DNA of 64,000 bases from positions 78,864,001 through 78,928,000 of the forward strand of contig NC_043000.1 of NCBI RefSeq assembly GCF_006345805.1. Reading direction: 5' to 3'. This DNA comes from Octopus sinensis. Taxonomy: Eukaryota. The notes under the pieces were generated by a model, which did not search any database, was not told the DNA's origin, and worked only from the letters and a program-made list of their open reading frames with translations. The position numbers were made by a program, and so were the translations under genes. Of the stretch, positions 40,390-52,482 are shown piece after piece (position 1 is the stretch's first letter; every line of letters begins with the position of its first letter).

Positions 40390-40403
40390 ATCGAAAACCG
40401 GTG

Positions 40404-43400
40404 ATTTTAAAATTTTTCCTCGGAGTATATCAAATATTTTTCTGTTGCTGCAAATCGTTGTGTGAGTTCGTTTCCGTTTGTCTACTTTGTTGTGTTACAC
40501 GTAATATAATTGTTGAACTGTTTTTGACCCAGTAATTTTCGCCCTTCGGGGTAGAAATTTTCTGTGTGTTTTTTTTTGTGTGAACTCTTAACCTGTATAG
40601 GTTATTTTTGAAAAAAATTCTCTTGTCATTTGTGACAAGTTTGTGTTGTCTAATATGGAATTAGACTTAAGTTCAAAAAAAGACTTTCCCGAGATGAGAG
40701 AAGGTATAACAACTGTTAAACAAAAGGAAACACAGGCAAAACCCAGTTTTTCAGAAGCCGTAGGTGGCGAAGTGGAAGAAATGGAGGTGTCAATGACTAT
40801 TCAAGTTCAGACCGCTTGTGCAAAAAAGTGAAGAAACATGATTGGTACCGCCCCCTGAAACTTTACAGGCAATAAGGGAAAAAACGGTCACCTACAAGGT
40901 GTACAATATGACCGACGTAAAAAACGAAATGGTCGAAAAGTGTATGGCACCAATATGGAGTAAAGTTCGTCATGTCAACCGATGTGCAAGAAGCGCTACA
41001 GTGGAGGCGCATTTTGAGACGGCGGAAGAAGCAAGGCAAATTTCGACGCAAACGTTGAAAAACGAGAATATAATACTGCTACCCTTATATTTAGGGTGCA
41101 GAACAGCAAAAGTGACCCTAGAGGATATACCAAGGGGCTACGACGTGATGTGGGCGGCAACAGCGGTCATTTTTGATGTTGAAACAAAATTGACAATTTT
41201 GAGTATGAAGAGGAAAATTGCAAAACACTGGAGAGGCCAGCAGCTGGAGATGATTATCCTGGCGGAAAATGCGACGCTGGAAAGCCTACCAGACAGAGTC
41301 TTCGTGGGGGAGGGGCACTCCATACGAGTTTCGGTGGAAGGACGCAGGCCCAGATGTATTAAGTGCGGACAAAAGGGCCACGTTCGCTCCGTTTGCACAA
41401 AGAAAAATAATACGGGCAACCCTCCCCCCCCCCACAAAACGCTGTGAAGAACGCAGAAAGCAGCAAAGTGGAAAACAAAGTAACGACTGGCGAAAGCAAG
41501 GAGGAAAAAAAAACAGGTCGAACTCCAAAAAGGAGGAAGACAAGAACGAAATGCAAAATGAGACAGGAAAGGAGGAGGAAATTAATACAACAAAAACAAA
41601 TATACAAGAAGAGATGGAATTCACGAACGTGTCGAACAAAAGGAAAAACTCCATCACCCCAGACTCCCCACCCGTAACAAAAAAAAACAACGCAGACGAA
41701 CAAATTAAAAATATTCTCCAATCCCACCCCGGCGGTACTACATTTATAGGCCAGCACTTTAACAAACCCCACCCCCCAACTGTAAAAGGGTTTAAACCCA
41801 ATGAAAAAATTATAGCATACACCACAAGGAACGAGAGAGCAGTAAAATTTGTGCAAGCAAGTACGCAGATCAGGTGCTACAAAGCGACCGAGATGGAAGC
41901 GGAGTGGCGATATGCAAGGGTCGGCGAAGAAGGATGGAAAGGAAAAAACTTACAAGACCTCGTAAAAGCCGGCTTCATTAAGGATGTCACCCAGGAGGTG
42001 ACAACTGGGAAATTATACGTCAGCCCGGCAGCCACACCAACCCAGAGCCCGGTGGAAACGCCGGTGAAACGCCCAGCAGCAACGGCGAGTGTGTGGGAGA
42101 CAGGCAGAAGGAATCTGTCAGGCTCCCTCTCGCAACCGTGAGTAAATAATTTTCTTTTTTGTCGATGATTAATTTAGGTTGTATAAATGTGCGTGGAATG
42201 GGATCGAAATGGAAACAGGCTTGTTTTCGAGACGACCGCATTTCACATAGAATCGATGTAGCTATTGTTACCGAGTCCAAGATGAAAGGACCCCAAGCGT
42301 TCTCACCACTTCTCAATGGTTACGAGAAATTTATTTCTCCTAGCCGGGAGGGAGGTGCAGGCGTGGCAATTCTTTTCAGGAAGAACTTGGACTTACAGGT
42401 AAGTACTGTCTTTCTGGACCCAGAAGGTAGGCTGGTTGTCCTAGATGTGACGCACGTGAGTAAGCAGTCCTTCAGGTTGGTGGCTGTCTACGCTCCTAAT
42501 GGACGTGGGCAGACCGGTTCTTTTCGGGAACTGGAGCACTTTCTAGTGACGTCCAAAACTGTAGTCTTGGTAGGGGATTTCAACACCATTCTCGATGCGC
42601 GGGTGGATGGTGTAGGCTCGAGCGATAGGAAGGGGAATCCTGGCCTCAAGGCTCTACTAGCGAGTTTTAATCTAGTAGACCGCTTTCGACTGGATGAGCC
42701 GAACGTTCCACAGTGGACGTGGAGTAATATCGACGGCTCACGCAGATCGTACATAGATAGAGTATTTGTTAAGGAACGAGATAGGAATAGTGTTAGCTGT
42801 CCACAATTCTCTGTTGTGCCTTACACGGATCACAAACTTGTGACGTGTGAGGTACAGGTAGATAAATGCCATAGACAAGGTCCCGGGTACTGGAAAATGA
42901 ACAAGTCTATTTTGACTTGTGAAGCTTTCCGTACCCGGATTAAGGAATTAGTACAGAGGGCATTATGTGGCACCATCATTAATAATAGATGGTGGCTCGC
43001 CCTCAAAAGAGCCATCCGTTTGGAGTCCATTAGATTTAGCAAGCAGCTAAGTTTAGATAGGACTAGAATAGAGGGCGAATTAGTTAAGAACTTAGACGAG
43101 GCTATGGAATCTGGCTGTGCATCCGGAGTGTTGGCAGCGAGAGCGGTATTGTACCATCATCTCAATGCCAAGCACGAGGGGTGTAGAGTCAGCTAAGTTA
43201 CGTGCAGGAAAACGAGAAGGTATTAACGTTGCCGGATGGGCCCGTCGTGAGGAGAGTCAGAAGGGCAAAAAGTCCTGTATTATGTCCTTAACTGACGAGC
43301 AGGACCGCAAGATCTATGGACAGGAGGAGATGCAGAAGGTCCTTCACCAGCATTTCGCACGGCTGTTTGGGGGCGGTGGTCCGCTCGAGCGTGGGGAGAC

Positions 43401-44700
43401 CTTAAAGGACTTCCTAGCTGGTGGGCCTCGATGTGAAGGATCGATCTCTCCCGCGGAGGTAAGAGGGGTTATGGCCGAGTGCGCCGGGGAAAAGTCGCCG
43501 GGGTTGGATGGTCTGCCCTATGAATTTTATTGTTGTATGCAACTGGCAACAGAATGGAAGGGTTCCCAGCTCTGTGAGTCGGGGAGTTGTGACGCTTGTC
43601 CAGAAAGCAAGGGGGACAGTATTTGTAATTATAGGCCCATAACTCTACTTAATGTAGAGTTTAAGATTTTGGCCAAGGTGTTAGCAAAAAGGCTGACGGC
43701 TGTCGTGGAGAAACTTGTCAGGAAGGCACAGACATGTGCAATCCCAGGCAGGTCGATCCAGGATAATCTTCACCTTCTTCGCTACAATATAGATAGGGTC
43801 GGGAAATTAGACGGCAAAGGAGGGGCATTAGTCCATTTAGACCAAAGTAAAGCGTTTGATAGGGTAGACCATCGGTACTTGGCGGCGGTCCTCGAAGCGG
43901 CTGAGCTGGGCCCTGGCTTCTGCGGGTGGATCTCAACTATGTACAGCGGCATCAAGTCCACAGACCAGATAAACGGTTACCTAACGGAGCCGTTTTCGAA
44001 CAAGCGTTCAGTTCGTCAAGGGTGCCCCTTGTCCCCGCTCCTGTATGTTTTGGCTCTTGAGCCATTGCTGCGGAAGCTGGAGAAGTTAGGAGGCAACCCT
44101 AATGAAATCGGATGCGGTAAGCCTGTTTCTGCCTATGCGGATGACGTCACCCTCATCGTGTCCAACGGAACACAGCTACCTCGGGTAGCAGGTGCTCTCC
44201 ATGGATACGAAGCGGTGGCAGGGGCAAAAGTTAACAGGCACAAGTCCATCGGTTTGCGCCTCGGCACCTGGAGGAACAAGCCGTCCAGTGTTGTTGGACA
44301 CTGGACGGATGGTCCTGTTAAATTGCTCGGAGTCTGGTTTGGTCCAGACTCCCAGACGGAGAAGAATTGGAGCGAGGTAACGAGCAAGGTGGATGCCATA
44401 GTACGGAAGTGGTCCGGAAGGCATCTTTCCTTGAAAGGGAGGGCGGAGGTGGAACAGATGTTTATAGCCTCTGTCGTCACCTACCGCCTGACCGTCGTGC
44501 CTTGCCCCGATTCGTGGTTAAACAAGTTGGAACGACTCCTTTTTCGCTTTTTGTGGAAAGGAGGAAAGCCGCTTGTGAGATGCTCCGTGTGTTGCCAGGA
44601 ACCGCTAAAGGGTGGACTGGGGATGCCTTGGCTAATGATGCGCAAACATGCGTTGAGGCTGAGACACCTCTGGTGTTACCTGGAGGATGATAAGGTGTGG
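40404..44700 (+). mobile_element. LINE B' (ORF1 40655-42141, ORF2 from 42165), 3' end deleted
   Basis: Mirror of 3803-8101; jumps at ~44701 to the host tail (37-nt repeat at 44725-44761). Confidence 0.93.
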
Positions 44701-45211
44701 ATAAGCTACAGTACCACCCATCCTTAGTGGTTAGCCATATTGAGATGGCAAATATACCTCATATATATATATATATATATATATATACTAGTATTAAAGA
44801 CCCGTCGTTGCCGAGTCATAGTGCTAGTGCATGTATATATGTGTATATATATATATGTACATATTACATGTACATCTATATATATACATCTACACATAAA
44901 ATGCAAAATTCAAAGTTATATCTTGAAATCGCTAGTGATTACAATACTCAAAATATATAACAGACTGGAATTGTTTTATTATTACCCACAAGGGGCGAAC
45001 ATAGAGGGGACAATACAACCTGATGTGGGGTCAGATATACGAATGGGTTTACAAAAAAGGCGAATTTAAAAATTTACAAAAATTACAAAGATAGAAAAAA
45101 TCGAATGGGGAACAGACCGGAAGACATTACGGATGGAGTGGGAGCGGGTTCAGCTCGGACCCCACGAGCCCCGCCTCCCTACTGATACTTTGGTTTCGTC
45201 TAGTTTTACAT

Positions 45212-48200
45212 TTATGTGGTATCATCCACTCGCAACTTTCGTGCTACATCTTTCAATCGTTCTTCGTACACTCTCTTAGTCAGGCATTTTCTCTCCAGCC
45301 TTATCTTCCTTTTCAGGTGAAAGATGAAGTAATTCATCAAACCAGGGCCGGAGATGAACTTGCCTGACCGTAAACCTTTCATTCTCGTCTTCCATATCAC
45401 CTCTTTCGCAATTGCTACTACAACGAGAAAACAATTCTTACCTTCTTTCGCGAGGAAATCTGGTGGGTCAATTTTTGTAATAGACTCAGTCGACAGCTGT
45501 ACTCTTCGTGTGCTTGACAACAGCTGTTCGGCATAAACCCACACCTCAGACACGACCGAACAATGAACAATAGCGTGTGGGACGGTTTCCCTATCCCGCT
45601 CGCATCTTGGACATATCGGACTGTCTTGGCCACCGTGCCTTGCGAGTTTATCCCGAACATGTACAGCTCCTCTGTAGCATTGCCATGCCAGAGACTTCTG
45701 GAAGTTGTCCAGTGTCTTCGGCTCGAACGTACGTCGGAACAGACTGGTTAGCTGGTTATCGTCGAGACCTAGGGTTTCCCCCAAGGTATCTTCACATTCC
45801 GCCTCTACCAACCCTCTATAGAAGAATGTGGTGGAACCTCCACCGCAGGCGTTGCCCGAGCGACGGAATAGCAGGGGAGCCTTGCGACACTCCGTGTACC
45901 ATGTGCCCAGTTTCGATCTACGATTCAGCCAGTTTTCCCATCCACCGAAACTAGTGAACTTGGGAAACATCAGTTTTGCTAGCGGAGACCACACCCGTTC
46001 ACCATCCAGGTAGAGCCACAGATGTCTTAACCTCAGCACCTGTCTGCGCATCATCAGCCAAGGCATCCCTAGCCCACCCTTTAACGGTTGTTGACAGCAA
46101 GTAGAGCGTTTCACAAGTGGTTTCCCGCCATTCCACAAGACGTAGAAGAGCTGTCTTTCCAACTTGATCAACCACGAATCAAGGCAAGGAACGACGGAAA
46201 GGCGGTAGGTGATAACCGATGCGATGAACACATTGGCTACCTCCGCCCTCCCTTTCAGGGATAGCCACCGCCAAGACCAGGTCTTGGTTACTGCAGCCAC
46301 CCTGCTCGATACCTCGCCCCAATTCTTCTCTATTTGGAGGTCTGGACCGAACCAAACCCCTAGCAACTTAATCGGACCCTCCGTCCAACGTCCCACGACG
46401 CTGTCAGGAGGCATCGACTTGCCTCTCCAGGTGCCGAGTTGCAAGCCGACTGACGATTAACTTTTGCTCCTGTCACTGTCTCGTAAACCTCTATGGCCTT
46501 GCCTACCCTCTCTAGGTGATCCATTTCGGTTACGATGATGGTGATGTCATCCGCGTGCGCTAACACTGATTTTCCACTACCTGGCTGTCTCGGGATGCCG
46601 CTCAGTTTTCGCAGTAATGGCTCAAGAGCCACCACGTACAAAAGCGGGGAGAGCGGACACCCTTGACGAACCGAGCGCTTGATGTTGAACGGCTTCGACA
46701 AGAAGCCGTTCACCCGAACTACCGAGTCGATGTTGTCGTAAATTTGGATAATCCACCTGAGGAAGCCAAGGCCCAGCCCGAACTGTGCCAGGGCAGATAC
46801 CAGGTAGCGATGTTTGACCCTATCGAATGTTTTAGATTGGTCTAAATGGACCAGTGCCCCACCCTTGCTAGAATCACTATTAAACCCCTCTATAGTGTAC
46901 CGCATAAGATGGAGATTATCCTGAATGGTTCTGCCGGGAACGGCACATGTCTGTGCCTCTCCGATCAGAACATCCGCGACACGCGCCAATCTTTTCGATA
47001 ACACTTTGGCCAAAATCTTCAACTCTGTGTTTAGCAGAGTGATGGGCCTGAAATTATCAATGCACTCCCCCTTGCTCGGGTCCTTTCTGACGTATGTCAC
47101 TACTCCCCGGCGCACAGATCTGGGTATGAACCCGTTCTGCTGCCATATCGCATAGACCTCCGCCAGTAGGTGCCCGAACAAGTCTGGCATACTCTTATAT
47201 AACCCATAGGGTAGACCATCTAAACCCGGCGCCTTGCCCGCGCCGCAGTCCGCCATCGCCTCAACCACCTCCCCAGGCGTGATTGGCCCTTCACAGCCCT
47301 CCGCATCTCGCCCCGATAAGCGCAGCAGCCCGTCGAGGAGGTCCGTAAAGGCCCTCCTCCTATCCAGTCCGCCGCCCTCACCGAAAAGCTGAGCGAAGTG
47401 CTTCTGAAAGGCCTCACACATCTCCTCGGGCTTGTTTATCAACTCACCTTGTTGGTTCGTCATAGATCGAATCGTGGCGTCGTTACCACGCTGAGCTTCC
47501 ACCACTCGGGCCCATCTCACGGCGTTGATTCCTTCACAATCCATGGCGCGTATCCTAGCCCTGACAATGCAGCCCATGTGTTTGGCCTCGAGGTGCTGGT
47601 TTAACGCCAGTCTCTTGGCCGTCACCTGAGCCACAGAGCCAGTTTTCAAGGTTTCCTCTAATTCCTTAACTAGAGTAGATTCCCTCCTAGCCTCTCTAGC
47701 CACTAATCCTATGCTATATTTAATAGACTCGAATTTGATGGCTCGCTTGAGGGCATACCACCATTTGTTATTAATGATGGCACCAGATAGCACCCTCTGA
47801 ATTATAGTCCTAATCCGGTCTCTGTACTCCTTAATCGCCAAAAGGGACGTATTAAGTTTCCAATAACCGGAGCCTCTATTTTTAACCTTATCTATGTCAA
47901 GCTTACAGGTGACCATTTTATGATCACTGTAGCTGACCAGGTAAAACTGTGGACACTTAGCTATTTTTCTGTCTACTTTTCTAATTAGTATCCTATCTAT
48001 GTATGACCTGGAAGATCCGTCGCTGTTTGACCATGTCCACAATGGAGCGTTCGGAAATTCCAACCTATAAGGATCTGCTAGCTCAAAGCGGCTTAGCAGT
48101 TCCAGGAAGCCAATGTTACCTTTTCTATCTGGACGCAAGCCAACACAATCTACATCCGCTTTGCAAATTGTGTTAAAGTCTCCTAGCACAACTAATGAAT

Positions 48201-48533
48201 GCGAAGTACCAAGAAAGTTTTCCAGTTCTCGAAAATAATCACTTTGCCCTTTTTGGTTGGGTGCGTAAATTGCAACCAATCTGATAACTTTACAGTTACT
48301 GAATGTCAAATCCATGACGACCAGCCTACCTTCTGGGTCTGAAAAAATTAACCTTTTCTCAAAAACCCGTAGCCGTCAAACAGCGGGAGTAGACCTCTTG
48401 GCCCCTCTAACCGGGTTTCTGTAGCAACAATAACATCCAAATTACGCGACCTGATATCATTAAGGAAGCGACCTTGCTTCCAGCTTGATCCCAGGCCGCG
48501 CACATTTAAACAACCAACATAAATGCAATCCAT
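45212..48533 (-). pseudogene. LINE A' ORF2 (APE-RT-zinc finger), two frame breaks
   Basis: GCLNVRGL, IYAPN, GDFN, YSDH, QGCPLSP, HADD (YADD in the left copy), CPRC. Confidence 0.92.
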
Positions 48534-48541
48534 GACTTACC

Positions 48542-49803
48542 TTATATCAGTGGTTCGACTTGTTTTTCTTCTTCTTCTTCACTTTTATTTTTTTCCCGGG
48601 CTCGTGGGGGAGTCCGACGCAGGCCCTCGTATATATATGGAGATATGTCCATTCTCAGAGGGCCCACGTCGTTAAAGAATTCGGATTTTATCCGTCCGTA
48701 ATCCTTCCGTTCTATTCTATAAACAATACAGTCTTTTGTTTTTTTAATTTTTTCCACCTTGGCCATGGCTGCCAAAACGTTAATTAGCCTGTTGTTGGCT
48801 GCCTTAATGGCCATAAATGTATTCGTCGCTTCTTTTCTCTTTTTTTTGTCTCTCTTTCTGAGGGGTGGTTTCTGTTTTCCGTTTTTTTTTTGTGATTTTT
48901 GACCACCCCCTCCTCTTTTTCCTTTTCTTCGCTGCTTGTTGTTTCTGTTGCTTCTTTAGTTTCTGTTGATTCTTTATTTTCTGTTGTTTTCTCTTCTATT
49001 TTTTCTTTTTCTGGCGGTGCTGCTTCCTGCGGTCTAGGTTGGCACTCCGCTCTCACGTGCCCCTTTTTACCGCAGCCGAAGCACCTCGGCTTTCCGCCCT
49101 CCACAAACACTATCACCATCTCCTCCTCGCTGATCCTCAATGTCTCTGGAATTTCTTCCAATGTCTGTACTTCCGTCTGTTTCACTATTGAAATGCATTG
49201 GCCTTGCCAATGCCCCTCCTCCTCTACTGTAGCCTGGAGGATATTGATTTTGTCCTCCAGGCCTAACATGACTGCCGCCACCAGGCATGTGGCGTCTGCC
49301 TCTGGGGGAATGTTTCTTATTTTGATTTTCGAGGTCCTTCTGCCTCTGTACAGGGGGAGGAGGACTATATTATCGGCTTTTAGTGGTTCAGTTGATAGCT
49401 TTTCAGGTATCTCTTCTCTCCTGAACCTCACCTTTACCGTTCCAAATTTTCTTCCACGATTTATATAAGTGATTTCCTGCCATATTGTCTTTAGGCAACT
49501 CTCAATTTTCTTTTCTTCCACTCTTTGAATGGACTTCGTTGTTGAGTTGTACGTTTTATAAATAATCCTTCTTTTTTCCATTTCCTCTATCTTACTGACG
49601 TCCGGTGTTACTGATACTTCTGTACCTTCCTTTTTCAGACCTGCTGTATATTTTTCCAGGTTGCTTCTTTCCGTATTAATTGTCTTCAGTTTCTTGCCCG
49701 CAACTTCAGAAAACTTCTTAGCTGGGGCTTCTTCTGCTTTCGGCGACACCGCCGGTGAGCTTTCTTCACCTGACACAGGTGAATAGGAGATGGGGGTATC
49801 CAT
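48542..49803 (-). pseudogene. LINE A' ORF1
   Basis: YINRGRKFGTV, KPRCFGCGKKGHVRAEC; one frameshift near 48800-48870. Confidence 0.88.
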
Positions 49804-50092
49804 CACCGAAAATGGCTTAACAAGCCTTTCAATTGGCTTTCACAAGCCTTCAGAAATTCTGGCTTCGCAAGCCTTTTGTGTAGATTTTTAAATGTGTTCC
49901 ACGCTAAATGTTCCACAATAATTCCGCCCCGGGGGGGGGGGATGAAATACGTAGCCTTCGCGTGAAGGCTAATGACAGTCTTATACAGAATACACTATAT
50001 ATCAATCAAAGTAACAGTAATTAAATTAACAAACCGGTATTAACAAAGTAGCAGCAAATGACAAAACAGACTGGCGTATAACAGACTGGAAT

Positions 50093-51829
50093 GATTTTAT
50101 TACTGTCCACAAGGGGCGAACATAAAGGGGACAATACAATCGGGGAACTTAAAATAAGAAAGCGAATGACAAGAAAAGGAAAAAATAAAAGTAATAATGA
50201 CATATGAAAGAATATTTACAATGAGATGTAAATGTCCACTCGATCCCCGGAATCAAGAGGTTACATTTTCGTCAGTTTATCACAAATATTTCACCAAATT
50301 TTTCTTTTTTTTTCCTCTCACAATTTTACACATATTCTATGATTTTTTCTACTTCTCTGAAGTCCATCACTGAATCCTCAGGCAGCCGCTCTCTCACTCG
50401 AACCTTCGTGTAAAATATTACATTTTCCCCGGCAGCTCTGAAGAACTCGGCGACTACTTCCTCGGGGATTAGAGCAGTCTCCTCCCACCGGTCGGTCATC
50501 CTGTTGACCCATACATGACACTCTGTTTTACTTGTTAAGTTATTCATTACAGGGCCGAAATGGTAGGTTACTAACTTATAGTAATAGTAATCTTGTTTCC
50601 GTCCTGCGTTTTCCTTCATCTTCCTTTTCGGGCTTACTTCTTCCTTGTTCTCCTCTCTTTGTTTCTCTCTTTCTCTCTTTTTGCCTTCTTTTCTTTCTCC
50701 TTAACTCTTTGTCTGTATTTTCTCTTGCTTTGTGTTCCTTTCCTGTATTTTCTTTTTCCTTTTGTGTACCGTCCTTTCTTTTCGTTTGATTCTGATCCCT
50801 CTCTTGTTTTTTTCCTATTGTTTCTTTTTCCTTTTTTTTTCCTGACTCTGTTTTGGTTCTATTTCTTTATTTCTTTTTCCTTCATTGACTTCTTATTTCC
50901 TTTCTCTTGTTGTTTTGTTTCCTTTTCTATGCTTTCTTTCTCATTTACAGTATTCTTCTTTTCTTCAAGTTCCTGCTCGCACTCCGCTACGAATTCATAT
51001 AACGGGCACTCTTTTTTAATGTTCCCCCTTGTCCCACACAAGTAACAGTTTGGTTTTCTCCCCTCTACAATTACGCTGAGGGTCTTTTCCTCTTCAATTT
51101 CAATTCTGTAGGCAAACCTTTCAATATCCTATTTTGTGGCCATCAGCCACAATTCTACCCCATATGCTCTCCAGTTTACCGCGTTGGACTCCTTAATTGA
51201 TTCCACCTCCACTTCCTCTTCTGCTGCTCCTAGAATAGCTGTTGCCAGCCATTCTGTTTTCACTTCTGGGGGTATATTCGGGATTTTAACCCGGACCCCT
51301 CTTCTTCCCTTGTATGAGGGCCACATTGTGAATTTTTCGGCTCTTAGTACGGTGGTAGCCAGTGAGGCCGCAATTTCCTCCGTTGCACATCTCACCTCCA
51401 CCGTACCAAATTTCTTGCCTCTACTCACGTAAGTTATTTTCCCCATTATGTCTCCCAGACATTTCTCAATTTCGTCTATCTCCATTCTTGCCAGTTTCTT
51501 CGTATTCTTGTCTTGGGTTTTATATGTCACCGTCTTGCTTTCTTTATCCTCTTTTGATTTCGCGGGGGGGGGGATTAGCTTCACGCTATCACCCTTCCTT
51601 TTGAAAATCTTTTCATATTCTTTGAGTTTCTCCTTCTCAAACAACACCTCCCTTACAATTAGCGACGGATCGTTATTTTTACCGGTGACCCCCGCGTAAG
51701 TCGCCATGATTAGAGGGTCAATTCACCTTCTTCGGAAGGTTTCCACACATGGAAGCAAACGCCTCGCGCGATATCAAATCAATTTACACAGATAAATTCA
51801 CCGTCTTGTCACAACTAAAAACACACACT
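50093..51829 (-). mobile_element. ORF1-only non-autonomous LINE D (ORF1 51707-50326, disrupted)
   Basis: YVSRGKKFGTVEV and CYLCGTRGNIKKEC; no ORF2; 3' end TTGTATTGTCCCCTTTATGTTCGCCCCTTGTGG..TAATAAAA nearly identical to A. Confidence 0.82.
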
Positions 51830-52482
51830 ATTTCTTTATTACCCACACGGGGCGACGAAGAGGGGACATTACATAACATGGGGACATAGAACATTATAAT
51901 TGAATTTATGAAGGATGATTTGTTACATGAAAAAATGATAATATGAAAGCGATGCTAAAGGCCCCATCCGTTAGCATCACTTACCTGTCCTTTGGTTTTC
52001 ACCGTCACTTGAATGTTCTTTCCCAATACGAAGACCATCCATATCCATTCTTACTCCGAAATACTCCTCCATATTTTCCACGAATTCATCGCTCATTCTT
52101 ATATCTTTCACCTCCCAATTCTCCCTTTCACACCTCACCATAAACTCATCTATTTTCTTCTTTTCAATCACAGCATACCTAGTCTCACCAACTTCATACC
52201 ATTTATACTCTTCCATTAGCCTTTTAACTTCTTTCTGTTCTGTCATAGTACAAATGTTCAGCCTGGGGTCGATTTCAATCTCTTGTCTGTCTGTATTATT
52301 TTTTTCTTTTGTTTTCTTGTTCGAGGGGAGCGGGTGGGTTCACTGTCTGCAGGGATAGGGTGGGACTCAGAGGGTGTGGGTGGTGTTGGGGTGGATTGGT
52401 GTTCTGTTATTTTCTTTTCCTCGTATTCTTCTCTTCCTCTTATTCACAGCTTCTTTCCATTCCTGTGAATTCTCTTCTACTG
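51830..52482 (-). mobile_element. 5'-truncated ORF1-only element E with A-type 3' end and 17-bp TSD
   Basis: ORF1-like tail 52246-51977; 3' TGTCCCCTCTTCGTCGCCCCGTGTGGGTAATAAA; AACTAAAAACACACACT 51813-51829 vs AACTAACAACACACACT 52483-52499. Confidence 0.7.

Larger units (their letters stand above)
29544..47356. repeat. Right arm of a >17-kb inverted duplication of 1-17807
   Basis: Same elements in reverse order with scattered substitutions and several large indels. Confidence 0.95.
44972..50076 (-). mobile_element. Tx1/L1-clade LINE A', full length with 16-bp TSD
   Basis: TATAACAGACTGGAAT (plus strand) at 44956-44971 and 50077-50092. Confidence 0.94.

Noticed and set aside
42138-42177. Mini-intron GTGAGT...TTTAG fusing ORF1 to ORF2 in B'
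   Set aside because: Only ~40 nt and no equivalent acceptor evident in A or C
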